From the IMG/VR virus record IMGVR_UViG_3300045921_000484, positions 89,258 to 153,257 of that record: a stretch of DNA of 64,000 nt, one strand, 5' to 3'. Position numbers and translations under genes: made by a program. How positions within the stretch are numbered: the first letter of the stretch is position 1; the number at the start of each line of letters is the position of its first letter. Origin of the DNA: a virus. Its lineage: Duplodnaviria; Heunggongvirae; Uroviricota; Caudoviricetes. Of the stretch, positions 40,328-49,157 are shown piece by piece. The notes beneath the pieces are model-generated. The model was not told where the DNA came from, did not search any database, and saw only the letters and a program-made list of their open reading frames with translations.

Positions 40328-40903
40328 ATGACTAAATTTGACAAATTCGACCGTTATCTTGATGATAACGAAATTCTAACAGAAATGAGAAACCTGAAAC
40401 TTATATTAGTTTCAGGTGAAATTGATTTTAAAATCAATAAAGATTTTCTAAGATCCAATAAAAAACTTTTTAGATTTATTAAGAAAATATTTCCAAATGA
40501 TATAGTATCTGGGTCCTTTGTTTTGAAGGCTTTTGGATTGATTAATAGAGAATTAAATGATATTGATATACTAATATCTGATAGAGACAGATATTCAAGT
40601 TATTACAAGTCAGACTATGATGATACTGAGATAAATCTCTCTAATAGACTAGGTTATAGAGATATCTATTACAAAGATGGAATTTTCTCATTTAAGAAGA
40701 AATATCATGTTGATTTTTTTGAAAATAAATCTGCTTCATATGTTATTGTTGATGGTATTAAGCTTCATAATCTGTTGGAAATACTTAATTGTAAAGTATC
40801 AATGATTATGAATATGCCTTATAGTGAATCTGGTATAAAACACAGAAAGGACCTAACAGATATCTTTAGAATGTTACATAGTCTTTCTAATTTGGAAAAT
40901 TAG
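40328..40903 (+). CDS. Hypothetical protein.
   Basis: 191-aa ORF. Confidence 0.5.
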   Translation: MTKFDKFDRYLDDNEILTEMRNLKLILVSGEIDFKINKDFLRSNKKLFRFIKKIFPNDIVSGSFVLKAFGLINRELNDIDILISDRDRYSSYYKSDYDDTEINLSNRLGYRDIYYKDGIFSFKKKYHVDFFENKSASYVIVDGIKLHNLLEILNCKVSMIMNMPYSESGIKHRKDLTDIFRMLHSLSNLEN

Positions 40904-40926
40904 AATTTTTTTACTATATTTATATT

Positions 40927-41562
40927 ATGAGATACGAAAAATATAGATATATTTACCCTCCTCGTCCAAAGAATGCCATTCCTGATCATGAAATCTCCCA
41001 GTTTGAGAGTACATGGTCAATGATTGCTCAACCAAAACTTAATGGTTCAAACTGTGTTATATTCACCGATGGCGAAAGGCAAATAGTTATGAATCGTCAT
41101 AATCAACGACTTACTAACTTTCGTCTAACTGAATCTGAAATTAAAGGGATTTATCATGGTGAAGGATGGATGGTTATTAATGGTGAGTATATGAATAAGA
41201 ATAAGATGGATGAAAACAGACAGTTGTTTAATCACAAATTTGTTATCTTTGATATTCTTACTTTCAATGGTGAATACCTAGTTGGTAAAACCTTCGAAGA
41301 GAGAGTCAAATTACTTGATGAATTATATGGTCAAGTTGAATCCGAGAAAGATTATTTATATAAAATATCTGATAATATTTATCGTGTTAAATCTTATAAC
41401 ACTGGATTTAGAGCTTTGTTTGATAAATTGACTCAGATTGATATGGTGGAGGGATTGGTCATGAAAAGGAAAAATGCTAGATTAGAATTAGGCACATCAG
41501 AATTGAATAATGTAAAGAATCAATTGAAGTGTCGAAAGCCTACCAAGAATTATAAATTTTGA
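40927..41562 (+). CDS. Hypothetical protein with nucleotidyltransferase-like motifs (Rnl2/ligase-like KxNG, tentative).
   Basis: AQPKLNGSN resembles ligase/Rnl2 motif I (KIHGTN/KxDG). EGWMVING resembles motif IV. Protein is short (211 aa) and other motifs are unclear. Confidence 0.3.
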   Translation: MRYEKYRYIYPPRPKNAIPDHEISQFESTWSMIAQPKLNGSNCVIFTDGERQIVMNRHNQRLTNFRLTESEIKGIYHGEGWMVINGEYMNKNKMDENRQLFNHKFVIFDILTFNGEYLVGKTFEERVKLLDELYGQVESEKDYLYKISDNIYRVKSYNTGFRALFDKLTQIDMVEGLVMKRKNARLELGTSELNNVKNQLKCRKPTKNYKF

Positions 41563-41644
41563 AACGGTTTGAAAAGTTCGATTTTTTAATAGAAACGATA
41601 ATATGATTGATAAAATCAAAAAAAACTATAAACAAATATTATAG

Positions 41645-41680
41645 ATTTTATTGAAATTTTGTAAATCTCATTTTTCTTTT
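41645..41680. repeat. Left arm of a ~35-bp inverted repeat (partner at 41853-41885).
   Basis: TATAGATTTTATTGAAATTTTGTAAATCTCATTT is the reverse complement of AAATGAGATTTGCAAAATTTCAATAAAATCTATA. A third copy at 43100-43135. Confidence 0.6.
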
Positions 41681-41682
41681 TT

Positions 41683-41808
41683 TTAATTTATACTAAATCG
41701 GGCATCAGAATTGTTTTGAGTAGTACCAGTTTTACCGGCTATTGGAGTATTTAATTTATAGCGATAACGTAAACGTACTCCTGCTGCAATAATAGATAAT
41801 AGATTCAT
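41683..41808 (-). pseudogene. Fragment (41 codons) of a class A penicillin-binding protein transpeptidase domain (KTG motif region). Host-derived remnant.
   Basis: Minus-strand translation MNLLSIIAAGVRLRYRYKLNTPIAGKTGTTQNNSDARFSIN*. AGKTGTT.NN.DAWF is the PBP KTG(T) box. Locally GC-richer than surroundings. Isolated, with no upstream PBP sequence. Confidence 0.5.
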
Positions 41809-41852
41809 TTAGTTCATTGAATTTTTTGATATGTTTCATTGTTTTTTTTTTG

Positions 41853-41885
41853 AATATCCAAATGAGATTTGCAAAATTTCAATAA
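41853..41885. repeat. Right arm of the inverted repeat. Also overlaps the 3' end of LRR paralogue 41879..42790(-).
   Basis: See 41645-41680. Confidence 0.6.
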
Positions 41886-42790
41886 AATCTATAATCCTTA
41901 ATAACCCTTCTTAATTCTTCTTCCTTTTTAGGTTTTCCTATTTCATTTAGGAAATCGATTAATCCATCAAGAATAATTGAATCTCCTTGAATAATGTCCA
42001 TATCATTAAATAATTCTATTTTATCCTTATCTCTAAATAAATTCCATATTTGATATACTGGATTATTAATACAGTAGAAATACCCACCAATTGATTCCGG
42101 TGCGCCTTCTAAAGAGTTTAGGTTGTTATTGCAACAGTCGAAATGACCACCAACCGATTTAGGACCTCCTTTTAGTGAGGTTAGTTTGTTAAAGGAACAT
42201 ATGAAATGACCACCAACCGATTTAGGACCGCCTTCTAGTGAAGTTAGGTTGTTATTGTAACAGTAGAAATCCCTACCAACCGATTTAGGACCTCCTTCTA
42301 GTGATGTTAGTTTATTATTGTAACAATAGAAACTACCACCAACTGATTCAGGACCGCCTTCTAATGAGGTTAGGTCGTTATGGGAACAGATGAAATAACC
42401 ACCAACAGATTTGGGACTGCCTTGTAACGAAGTTAGATTGTTATAGGAACAAATAAAATTACCACCAACCGATTTAGGACCTCCTTCTAGTGATGTTAGT
42501 TTATTATTGTAACAGTAGAAACCACCACCAACTGATTCAGGACCGCCTTCTAGTGAAGTTAGTTTGTTATTGTTGCAGTAAAAATTACCGGTAACATTTC
42601 TAAATTTAAGTGGTAGTTTATCTAATTTTTCATAGGATAGATTAACATTACCATCTACATCAATAGATCCATCTTTATTTATAGTAAAATTTTTTATACC
42701 ATATTTCTCGCAGATAGATTCAATATCCTGATTAGATTCAAATAATCTATATTGAATTAGGTGTTTCATAATGTGTTTATTACTTTTCAT
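41879..42790 (-). CDS. LRR-like 20-aa tandem-repeat protein, paralogue 3 of 4.
   Basis: 303 aa, nine or so repeats. N-terminus MKSNKHIMKHLIQYRLFES, so it carries the small-gene N-terminal module plus the family N-terminus. C-terminal module conserved. Confidence 0.65.
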   Translation of the reverse strand: MKSNKHIMKHLIQYRLFESNQDIESICEKYGIKNFTINKDGSIDVDGNVNLSYEKLDKLPLKFRNVTGNFYCNNNKLTSLEGGPESVGGGFYCYNNKLTSLEGGPKSVGGNFICSYNNLTSLQGSPKSVGGYFICSHNDLTSLEGGPESVGGSFYCYNNKLTSLEGGPKSVGRDFYCYNNNLTSLEGGPKSVGGHFICSFNKLTSLKGGPKSVGGHFDCCNNNLNSLEGAPESIGGYFYCINNPVYQIWNLFRDKDKIELFNDMDIIQGDSIILDGLIDFLNEIGKPKKEEELRRVIKDYRFY

Positions 42791-43117
42791 GTTCGTAAAT
42801 ATTTTTATGTATATATTAAAAAAAATCTAAATATTTCCTCGGAAATTAACTTCCGTGTTAGAAAATTTTATAAAACCAGCCTCTAAAAATATACCCCGAT
42901 TATCTTAACCTTTTTTAAAGTTGAGTATAATCAGGGTAAGTACAAAACGTTATACACAATACTACTTTTGTGTTTCAAATTTATACTTTATCAAAATCAA
43001 ATTTTATCAAATTCTTACTTTTCATCAATTCTGTTTTAACTCTAACCAATCATCACATGGTATGGTTGGTTTAATTCTATTTGTATTTAAAAAAAGAAAA
43101 ATGAGATTTACAAAATT

Positions 43118-43942
43118 TCAATAAAATCTATAATCCTTAATTAAACTTCTTAATTCTTCTTCACTTTTAGGCTTGCCTATTTCGTCTAGAAAATAGATTA
43201 ATCTATCAAGAATAATTGAATCTCCTTGAATAATATCCATATCATTAAATAATTCAATTTTATCTTTATCCTTAAATAATTTCCATATTTGATAGACTGG
43301 ATTATTACTACAGTCTAAATCCCCTTCAACTGATTCGGGACAACCTTCTAGTGAAGTTAGTTTGTTATTGAAACATTTGAAATCTTCACCAACCGATTTA
43401 GGACCCCCTTCTAGTGAAGTTAGGTTGTTATTTTGGCAGTAGAAACTAAAACCAACCGATTTAGGACTGCCTTCTAGTGAAGTTAAATTGTTATAGGAAC
43501 AGATAAAATCACCACCGACTGATTCAGGACCTCCTTCTAGCGAAGTTATTTTGTTATAGGAGCAGTTGAAATGTCCAACAACCGATTTAGGACAGCCTTG
43601 TAGAGAGGTTAGTTTGTTATTGAAACACCAGAAACTGTCACCAACCAATTTAGGGCAACCTTCTAGTGATGTTAGTTTGTTATTGTAACAGTAGAAACCA
43701 CCACCAACCGATTTAGGACCTCCTTCTAGTGAAGTTAGATTATTATTGGAACAGTTGAAATTACCGGTAACATTTCTAAATTTAATGGGTAGTTTATCTA
43801 ATTCTTTATAGGATAGATCAACATCACCATCCACATCAATAGATCCATCTTCATTTATAGTAAAATTTTGTATACCATATTTCTTGCAGATAGATTCAAT
43901 ATTTTTGGGTCCAAATAATCTATATTGAATTAGGTGTTTCAT
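43118..43942 (-). CDS. LRR-like 20-aa tandem-repeat protein, paralogue 4 of 4.
   Basis: 274 aa. Same architecture. Upstream region 43943-44030 nearly identical to 42791-42860. Confidence 0.65.
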   Translation of the reverse strand: MKHLIQYRLFGPKNIESICKKYGIQNFTINEDGSIDVDGDVDLSYKELDKLPIKFRNVTGNFNCSNNNLTSLEGGPKSVGGGFYCYNNKLTSLEGCPKLVGDSFWCFNNKLTSLQGCPKSVVGHFNCSYNKITSLEGGPESVGGDFICSYNNLTSLEGSPKSVGFSFYCQNNNLTSLEGGPKSVGEDFKCFNNKLTSLEGCPESVEGDLDCSNNPVYQIWKLFKDKDKIELFNDMDIIQGDSIILDRLIYFLDEIGKPKSEEELRSLIKDYRFY

Positions 43943-44196
43943 AATGTGTTTATTATTTTTTATGTTCGTAAATTATTTTTATGTATATATTAAAAAAAAA
44001 TCTAAATATTTCCTCGGAAATACATCTAACTCACCACGTTATTTAGTAGAACATAATTTATTTTCAACTCTTTTTTTGGAAGATGAAACTGAATTTTTAG
44101 AAAAGTCGAAAGAACTTGGTGTTTTGAAAAAATGTTGTATAACGATACTCAGATATATTTAGGTTTTTTTAATATATATATACATAAAAATAATTT

Positions 44197-44436
44197 ATGA
44201 AGATGAAAAATAATAAACACATACAAAGTTTCAACGAACATCAAGAAAACTTGAATGGTGAACTCTCGAAGAGTGCTTCATCGAGTATATCTGATGTTAG
44301 TGGTAGTTTTACTAAAAAAGATTTGTTTGAAGCATTTTCATACTACGCTTTTAAAAGTATCAGTAATCAACCGTATAACGAAGATGAGTTATTAAAAGAA
44401 TTTGAAAAATGGTTCAAAAGAAAATATAAAAAATAA
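44197..44436 (+). CDS. Small protein with MK..NKHIxSFNEHQENL N-terminal module.
   Basis: 79-aa ORF. First gene of the cassette-like array. Confidence 0.45.
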   Translation: MKMKNNKHIQSFNEHQENLNGELSKSASSSISDVSGSFTKKDLFEAFSYYAFKSISNQPYNEDELLKEFEKWFKRKYKK

Positions 44437-44510
44437 AATTACCACTAAAGGTTGGGTATATATGAAGTACCCTCGTAGAAAATTAAATCATATAATTTAT
44501 ATTATGTTAA

Positions 44511-44663
44511 AGTTATGATTTTTTATTGGTGGTATGATGTGGATGTTGGACGATGATTACTTTACCAGAAGTAAGATTATTAGGTAGTAAATATTCAAAA
44601 AAAAAAATTATGGATTACAGTTTGATATGCTTTGTAGTTGCACTTATTATTAATTGTTTATAA
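44511..44663 (+). pseudogene. Frameshifted copy of the 56-aa hydrophobic-peptide gene. Direct repeat of 50828-50979.
   Basis: About 93% identical to 50828-50979 with a 1-nt insertion (ttactttacc versus ttacttacc) that creates an early stop. Confidence 0.5.
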
Positions 44664-44691
44664 AGGCTGATGGTAAACAATCTTTTTAATT

Positions 44692-45201
44692 TTGTTATTG
44701 GAAATTAATATATACATTATGATATATCTGAAAATGTATGAAGATTTTGATAATTCCACATTTGATGTTAAAACAAGATATAATTATACTCACCCAAAAA
44801 CAAAAAGAACTCTTTATTTTCAACATGAATATTTTACAGCAAGAGTGAATGGTAAGGTAGTAAGTTCTTGTATAATAACTTATCCCAATTTATCTCCAAA
44901 TAAGTTTACAGAGGATGGTCGGAAATTATTCATTATCTATACAGGCATGGAAGAACTATTTAATGATAAGGATGATAAGTTTGTTAAAATATATGATGTT
45001 AAAAGTAGAAAAAATGGTAAAGGATATGGTAAACTCCTTTTTGATAAACTAAAAGAGTATCTATCATCAAAAGGTAAAACGAGAATTTATCTTGATGTTA
45101 ATAAGGAAAACTTGGGAGCACATGAATTTTACAAGAAAATAGGTTTCAAAAAGAGATATGATGGTGTTTTTGATATATCATATGTGCTTAATTTCAAATA
45201 A
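44692..45201 (+). CDS. GNAT-family N-acetyltransferase.
   Basis: Motif A RKNGKGYGKLLFDKL. C-terminal HEFYKKIGFK. About 150-169 aa depending on start. Confidence 0.55.
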   Translation: MLLEINIYIMIYLKMYEDFDNSTFDVKTRYNYTHPKTKRTLYFQHEYFTARVNGKVVSSCIITYPNLSPNKFTEDGRKLFIIYTGMEELFNDKDDKFVKIYDVKSRKNGKGYGKLLFDKLKEYLSSKGKTRIYLDVNKENLGAHEFYKKIGFKKRYDGVFDISYVLNFK

Positions 45202-45418
45202 TTATTTATAACTATTGAGAATGTAATTAGTAACCGATGCAGGATTTTGGGATCACACTTAAATAAATTGGAGAAAAATTTATTAGAATTTGAAACAAAA
45301 AACTTAAATTACATATAAATTTTAAGCAGAAGTAGTAACTTAAATGAACCGTATAACTCGGTTATTACTTATATTCTTTGTTATACACAGTTATTAATTA
45401 AAAAATTATTTTAAAATT

Positions 45419-45601
45419 ATGAGAACAATAAAAATTAAGTTACAGATTGATGGGGTTGATATGGTAACAAGTTTTACCGAAGAAGAATATAATTCAATTA
45501 AAGGGAAAGTGGGATTAGACCCATTACTCTTGACATTAAATAAAATGTGGGATGAGATAAATAAACATGATGATTTGAAAGATAAACCACTTTCTAGGTA
45601 A
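45419..45601 (+). CDS. Small hypothetical protein (array gene).
   Basis: 60-aa ORF. Confidence 0.3.
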   Translation: MRTIKIKLQIDGVDMVTSFTEEEYNSIKGKVGLDPLLLTLNKMWDEINKHDDLKDKPLSR

Positions 45602-45916
45602 TTATGTATACCGTTTTCAAATATGGAATAACTCTATTCGTTTTTGTCGTAGACGAGATTTCAAATTAACATAACTGATGATAGTAAACTTGTTATACAC
45701 AGTACGTATTAATAACTAAAATATAAATTATGAAACTAAAATTAAACAACAAAATCTTCGTTGCAAGATATAATGAAAATGGTAAATTGATTATACCATT
45801 AGATGTGTTAAAGTAACTGAACGCGGCACTTTAAAAAATTGTTTTCCATTATTGAGTAGAAACGAAGATTTTTTTTTGAATTAGTGTATGATTTATATGA
45901 AGTGATACCGTAGTAT

Positions 45917-46003
45917 TGTTTATGACGTTTACAAATAAATATGAGAAATAAATCTTTTCATTAAAATTAGACAAAGTAAGATTTATTTCTTATAATACAA
46001 ATG
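45917..46003 (+). repeat. Copy of the cassette boundary/promoter element.
   Basis: TTGTTTATGACGTTTACAAATAAATATGAGAAATAAATCTTTTCATTAAAATTAGACAAAGTAAGATTTATTTCTTATAATACAAATG. Confidence 0.6.
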
Positions 46004-46025
46004 AAAATTAAAAAAAATTAATGAA

Positions 46026-46244
46026 ATGGATATTTGGAAAAACATAGACATCAAAAAACAAGATGGTGATAAAGATTTAATAAAATCTGCTAATGCTTTA
46101 ACTTTGGATGAAAGTGACTGGAATGAAAAATATCCAGGTCTTGTTTTCACAGATACAGATTATAATTTCTATAAGAAATTAGGTAGGTGTAAATATAATA
46201 TTGAAAGTGATGATGACACAACTTCTTTGGGAAGATTTCATTAA
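46026..46244 (+). CDS. Small hypothetical protein (array gene).
   Basis: 72-aa ORF right after the element copy. Confidence 0.4.
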   Translation: MDIWKNIDIKKQDGDKDLIKSANALTLDESDWNEKYPGLVFTDTDYNFYKKLGRCKYNIESDDDTTSLGRFH

Positions 46245-46335
46245 TTATTTTTTATTACATAAGCAGTTATTAACGAAACTTAAATTAATGAAATAATTGC
46301 TTATATTTGTTGTTATAAAATCTTTTTTTTTAATT

Positions 46336-46614
46336 ATGGAAAATTTCACATCAAAACTAATTTCAAATTTTGTAGAAGGAATTAACATTCTTAATTCAAA
46401 TAAACCGAAATGTGTCGAATACAATCATTTTGTATCGTCTAATAATTCAATAAAATTTGGAACAAATAAATGGGTAGATTTTGAAAGTAAGGAAGGTAAA
46501 AAATTGCAAGAATTAGGTTGGTATATGTATAATGGATTATGGAATTTTAATATTTATTCTGAAAATGGTGTCCCAGATTTTTCACCACTGAGTAAATTAA
46601 AAAATGTTTTATAA
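46336..46614 (+). CDS. Small hypothetical protein (array gene). Start revised to the ATG at 46336.
   Basis: The track ORF 46297..46614 begins at a TTG inside the TATATTTG -7 box (46303-46310). ATG at 46336 gives a 26-nt leader. Stop is followed by TATAACG. Confidence 0.4.
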   Translation: MENFTSKLISNFVEGINILNSNKPKCVEYNHFVSSNNSIKFGTNKWVDFESKEGKKLQELGWYMYNGLWNFNIYSENGVPDFSPLSKLKNVL

Positions 46615-46637
46615 CGTTCTTTTTGTATGCAAATAAA

Positions 46638-46921
46638 TGAATTTAATATGAAACACATACAAAATTTTAATGAAAATCAACAAAATAAAAAAAGCATATT
46701 TAGTTAAATTAACTGATGCTGATGATGATGTTTGTGCATTTTTGATTGATGAAGAAACTGCAAATAGTCCTAACATGTGTAATGATTTTGCTGTTAAATT
46801 ACCTTGGACAGACAAAGTTTTGGACGGTGATAATGATAGTTATACAAGGGATTATGCAAAAACAAAAGATATATTAGAAATAATCAAAAATGCTGAAAAA
46901 ATGGTTATTTTGTTGATTTAG
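46638..46921 (+). CDS. Array gene apparently frameshifted at an A7 run: an N-terminal module ORF (MKHIQNFNENQQNKKSIFS*) in one frame continues as 46670..46921 in another.
   Basis: ATG at 46638 encodes the canonical MKHIQNFNENQQ module. Stop after 19 codons. The track ORF 46670..46921 overlaps in a different frame. The A7 run at 46684-46690 is the junction. Confidence 0.35.
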
Positions 46922-47071
46922 ATAATGAATTTAACTTCGTTCATTATTAAGGAAAAAGATATTGTTGTCTTTAATTTCTAAAATTCGGTAATCGGGTATT
47001 ATATGGAAATTGAAGGAGACTTTGGTATAATAAAAGAAAAGTTTATAAAACAGTAATTTCATAAAAAAAAC

Positions 47072-47266
47072 ATGGAAATAAAATTTTGGCATAGTTGCGG
47101 ATTTGTTGGGTCATCGTACTCAATGGATGTTAATGGTAAACATTATTCGTTTGGTTTTGATGATGAAAATGAATGTAAGATTAAAGCATCAAAAATTTTA
47201 TTGGATGAATATAGTATTGATATAAAACCAGAAGATATTGAATTTGTGTGGGATGGTACTCTTTAA
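47072..47266 (+). CDS. Small hypothetical protein (array gene).
   Basis: 64-aa ORF. Stop followed by CACATAACGG. Confidence 0.35.
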   Translation: MEIKFWHSCGFVGSSYSMDVNGKHYSFGFDDENECKIKASKILLDEYSIDIKPEDIEFVWDGTL

Positions 47267-47558
47267 TTCCACATAACGGATTGCAAATAATCACTAACGT
47301 CTTGATTTATATGTAGTTTGAGATTAAGCAGACAAAATAAACAAGATATTATGAAATTTAAATGTGAATAATATCTTTGAACGTGTTTCAAAAAACATCT
47401 TCTTTTTTGTCATACTTAGAAATGGAAAAGAATTAATTAAAAAAAGATTCAGATGTTATTTTTTTGCTTTAAGTTTATTGATAAATACATTAGAAGAGTT
47501 GTTGAAATAGATATATTTAGGTTTTTTTTTAATATATACTAAAAAATAACACACGAAG

Positions 47559-47771
47559 ATGAAAGATTTAAAACACATAAAAAGATTTAACGAGTCAGAA
47601 GAAAATTTGAATATATCTGATGTTAGTTATAGTGAAAAATTAAATAAGGCTGAAGAATTATTACAAAGTTTAGTTTATTTATCACAAACAGAAGAACTAA
47701 AAAGTTTTTTTGAAAATAATTATATCAGTGCTTATATGAAAGAAGTGGAAAAATTTTTAGATTCTCTTTAA
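47559..47771 (+). CDS. Small protein with MKDLKHIKRFNESEENLNISDVS module.
   Basis: 70-aa ORF. Upstream TTTTTAATATATACTAAAAAATAA leader shared with 49865 and 47828. Confidence 0.45.
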   Translation: MKDLKHIKRFNESEENLNISDVSYSEKLNKAEELLQSLVYLSQTEELKSFFENNYISAYMKEVEKFLDSL

Positions 47772-47827
47772 TTTTTCAAAAAAATAATTTAAGTTTTTAA
47801 TATTTACATAAAAAATAATTTACGAAC

Positions 47828-48211
47828 ATGAAAAGTAATAAACACATAAAAAGTTTCAACGAACATCAAGAAAACTTGGAATTTTTTGAAAAGACATTAA
47901 GTAGAATAAAAATTAAATATAAGGGAGATCCGAAGTCTTTATACCTAATTATATATACTGGATACGATGACTTTTTAAGTCATAATATTTATTATAAAGT
48001 TGATACAAAAAAAGAGGGTATTAAACTATATAAAAAAGAAGAAAAAAAATCAGCTATTGTAAATGGTTATAATATATACAATTACAAAGAAGTTTTTGAT
48101 ATGTATAAAAATATAGATAATATTCTTAAAAAATTTAATAATATAAGTGAGTGGGTAAAACGTGAGAATAATATGTTGAACAAATTTGGATTTGAGGTAG
48201 AGGAAATTTAA
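47828..48211 (+). CDS. Small protein with MKSNKHIKSFNEHQENL module.
   Basis: 127 aa. Leader and first ~16 codons near-identical to those of LRR paralogue 41879(-) and of 44197. Confidence 0.45.
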   Translation: MKSNKHIKSFNEHQENLEFFEKTLSRIKIKYKGDPKSLYLIIYTGYDDFLSHNIYYKVDTKKEGIKLYKKEEKKSAIVNGYNIYNYKEVFDMYKNIDNILKKFNNISEWVKRENNMLNKFGFEVEEI

Positions 48212-48454
48212 TTTTTTTTTTATTACATTACACATAACGTCCGCAAATATAAAACGTTTTAACACTAAACTTTAATTGAAAAATAGAATATGAATTAAAA
48301 ATACAACATTGGAAAACAAATAAAAATGTTTTATATTTGTTGTTATAAACAGTAAAATAAAAAACTTATGAAAAAACTAATTTTTGAAAAAAATATACAA
48401 AGTAAGATTTATTTTTTTTATATTTGTTGTTATATTTAATTAAATAAAAATTAT

Positions 48455-48601
48455 ATGGAGGAATTAGAAAATCAAATTGAAAAAATAAAACAAATCATCA
48501 ATGATGGTTCTTTTGAAAATAAATGGGTAAGTGATGATACTCTTATCATTTTAGAAAATCAACTAATTATTTTAGAAACACTTAAAAAACTAATGAAATG
48601 A
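48455..48601 (+). CDS. Tiny ORF (48 aa) after the promoter element copy at 48391-48454. Not in the track.
   Basis: MEELENQIEKIKQIINDGSFENKWVSDDTLIILENQLIILETLKKLMK*. ATGAAATGA overlap with the next gene. Confidence 0.3.
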   Translation: MEELENQIEKIKQIINDGSFENKWVSDDTLIILENQLIILETLKKLMK

Positions 48602-48786
48602 AATTTACAGAAGATGAGAAAAGATATTTGGATAAGTTAAGAAGAAACTATCCTAATAGAGTCATACCTACTGATGAAATTGTAAAAAATGCTCTCTCTA
48701 AAATGAGAAGAGATGGTAGTGAAATAGTTATTGATGATTTGATTATCAGAACTTGGGATGGAATTGTTGAAATGGAAGTGATTTGA
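48598..48786 (+). CDS. Small hypothetical protein (array gene).
   Basis: 62-aa ORF. Confidence 0.35.
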   Translation: MKFTEDEKRYLDKLRRNYPNRVIPTDEIVKNALSKMRRDGSEIVIDDLIIRTWDGIVEMEVI

Positions 48787-48826
48787 TTTTTGTTTAATTG
48801 AATATAACGTTTCTAAGATATATTTA

Positions 48827-48921
48827 GTGATACTATAACTTGTAATTTTGATGGAAGATTCTATATTTTCCCAAATGGTGGGAAGGTATATAGTAAAATT
48901 TTTATAAAATATTTCATTTAA
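48827..48921 (+). pseudogene. 3' fragment (start-less) of the 57-aa gene at 38871..39044.
   Basis: About 95% nt identity to 38946-39044 including the stop codon. No ATG upstream. Sits between two TATAACG boundary motifs. Confidence 0.55.
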
Positions 48922-49157
48922 TTTTTTATTGTTTATAACGTTTCTCAGATATATCTTGTTTGTGCAGTATATAATGTATTTGAATGATTTGTCATTTATA
49001 TCTATTCACTATGAAAAAAAAACAGTGAACATTTCCTGTATTTAGATCCAACAAAATATAATGCAAAAAAAGATGTTAGAAAAGATTTAATAAAAATTTA
49101 TCCTGAATAAAAAAATAATTCTTTTACTTTTTCGAATGTTTAATATATACATAAACG

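Noticed and set aside
40927-41562. Confident call of an ATP-dependent DNA/RNA ligase.
   Set aside because: Only a KxNG motif I-like and an EGxxV motif IV-like are visible. The protein (211 aa) is shorter than minimal ligases. Kept as a low-confidence nucleotidyltransferase-like hypothesis.
46297-46335. Track ORF start at 46297 for the gene ending 46614.
   Set aside because: That start is a TTG lying inside the TATATTTG promoter -7 box. The ATG at 46336 with a 26-nt leader is the more plausible start.
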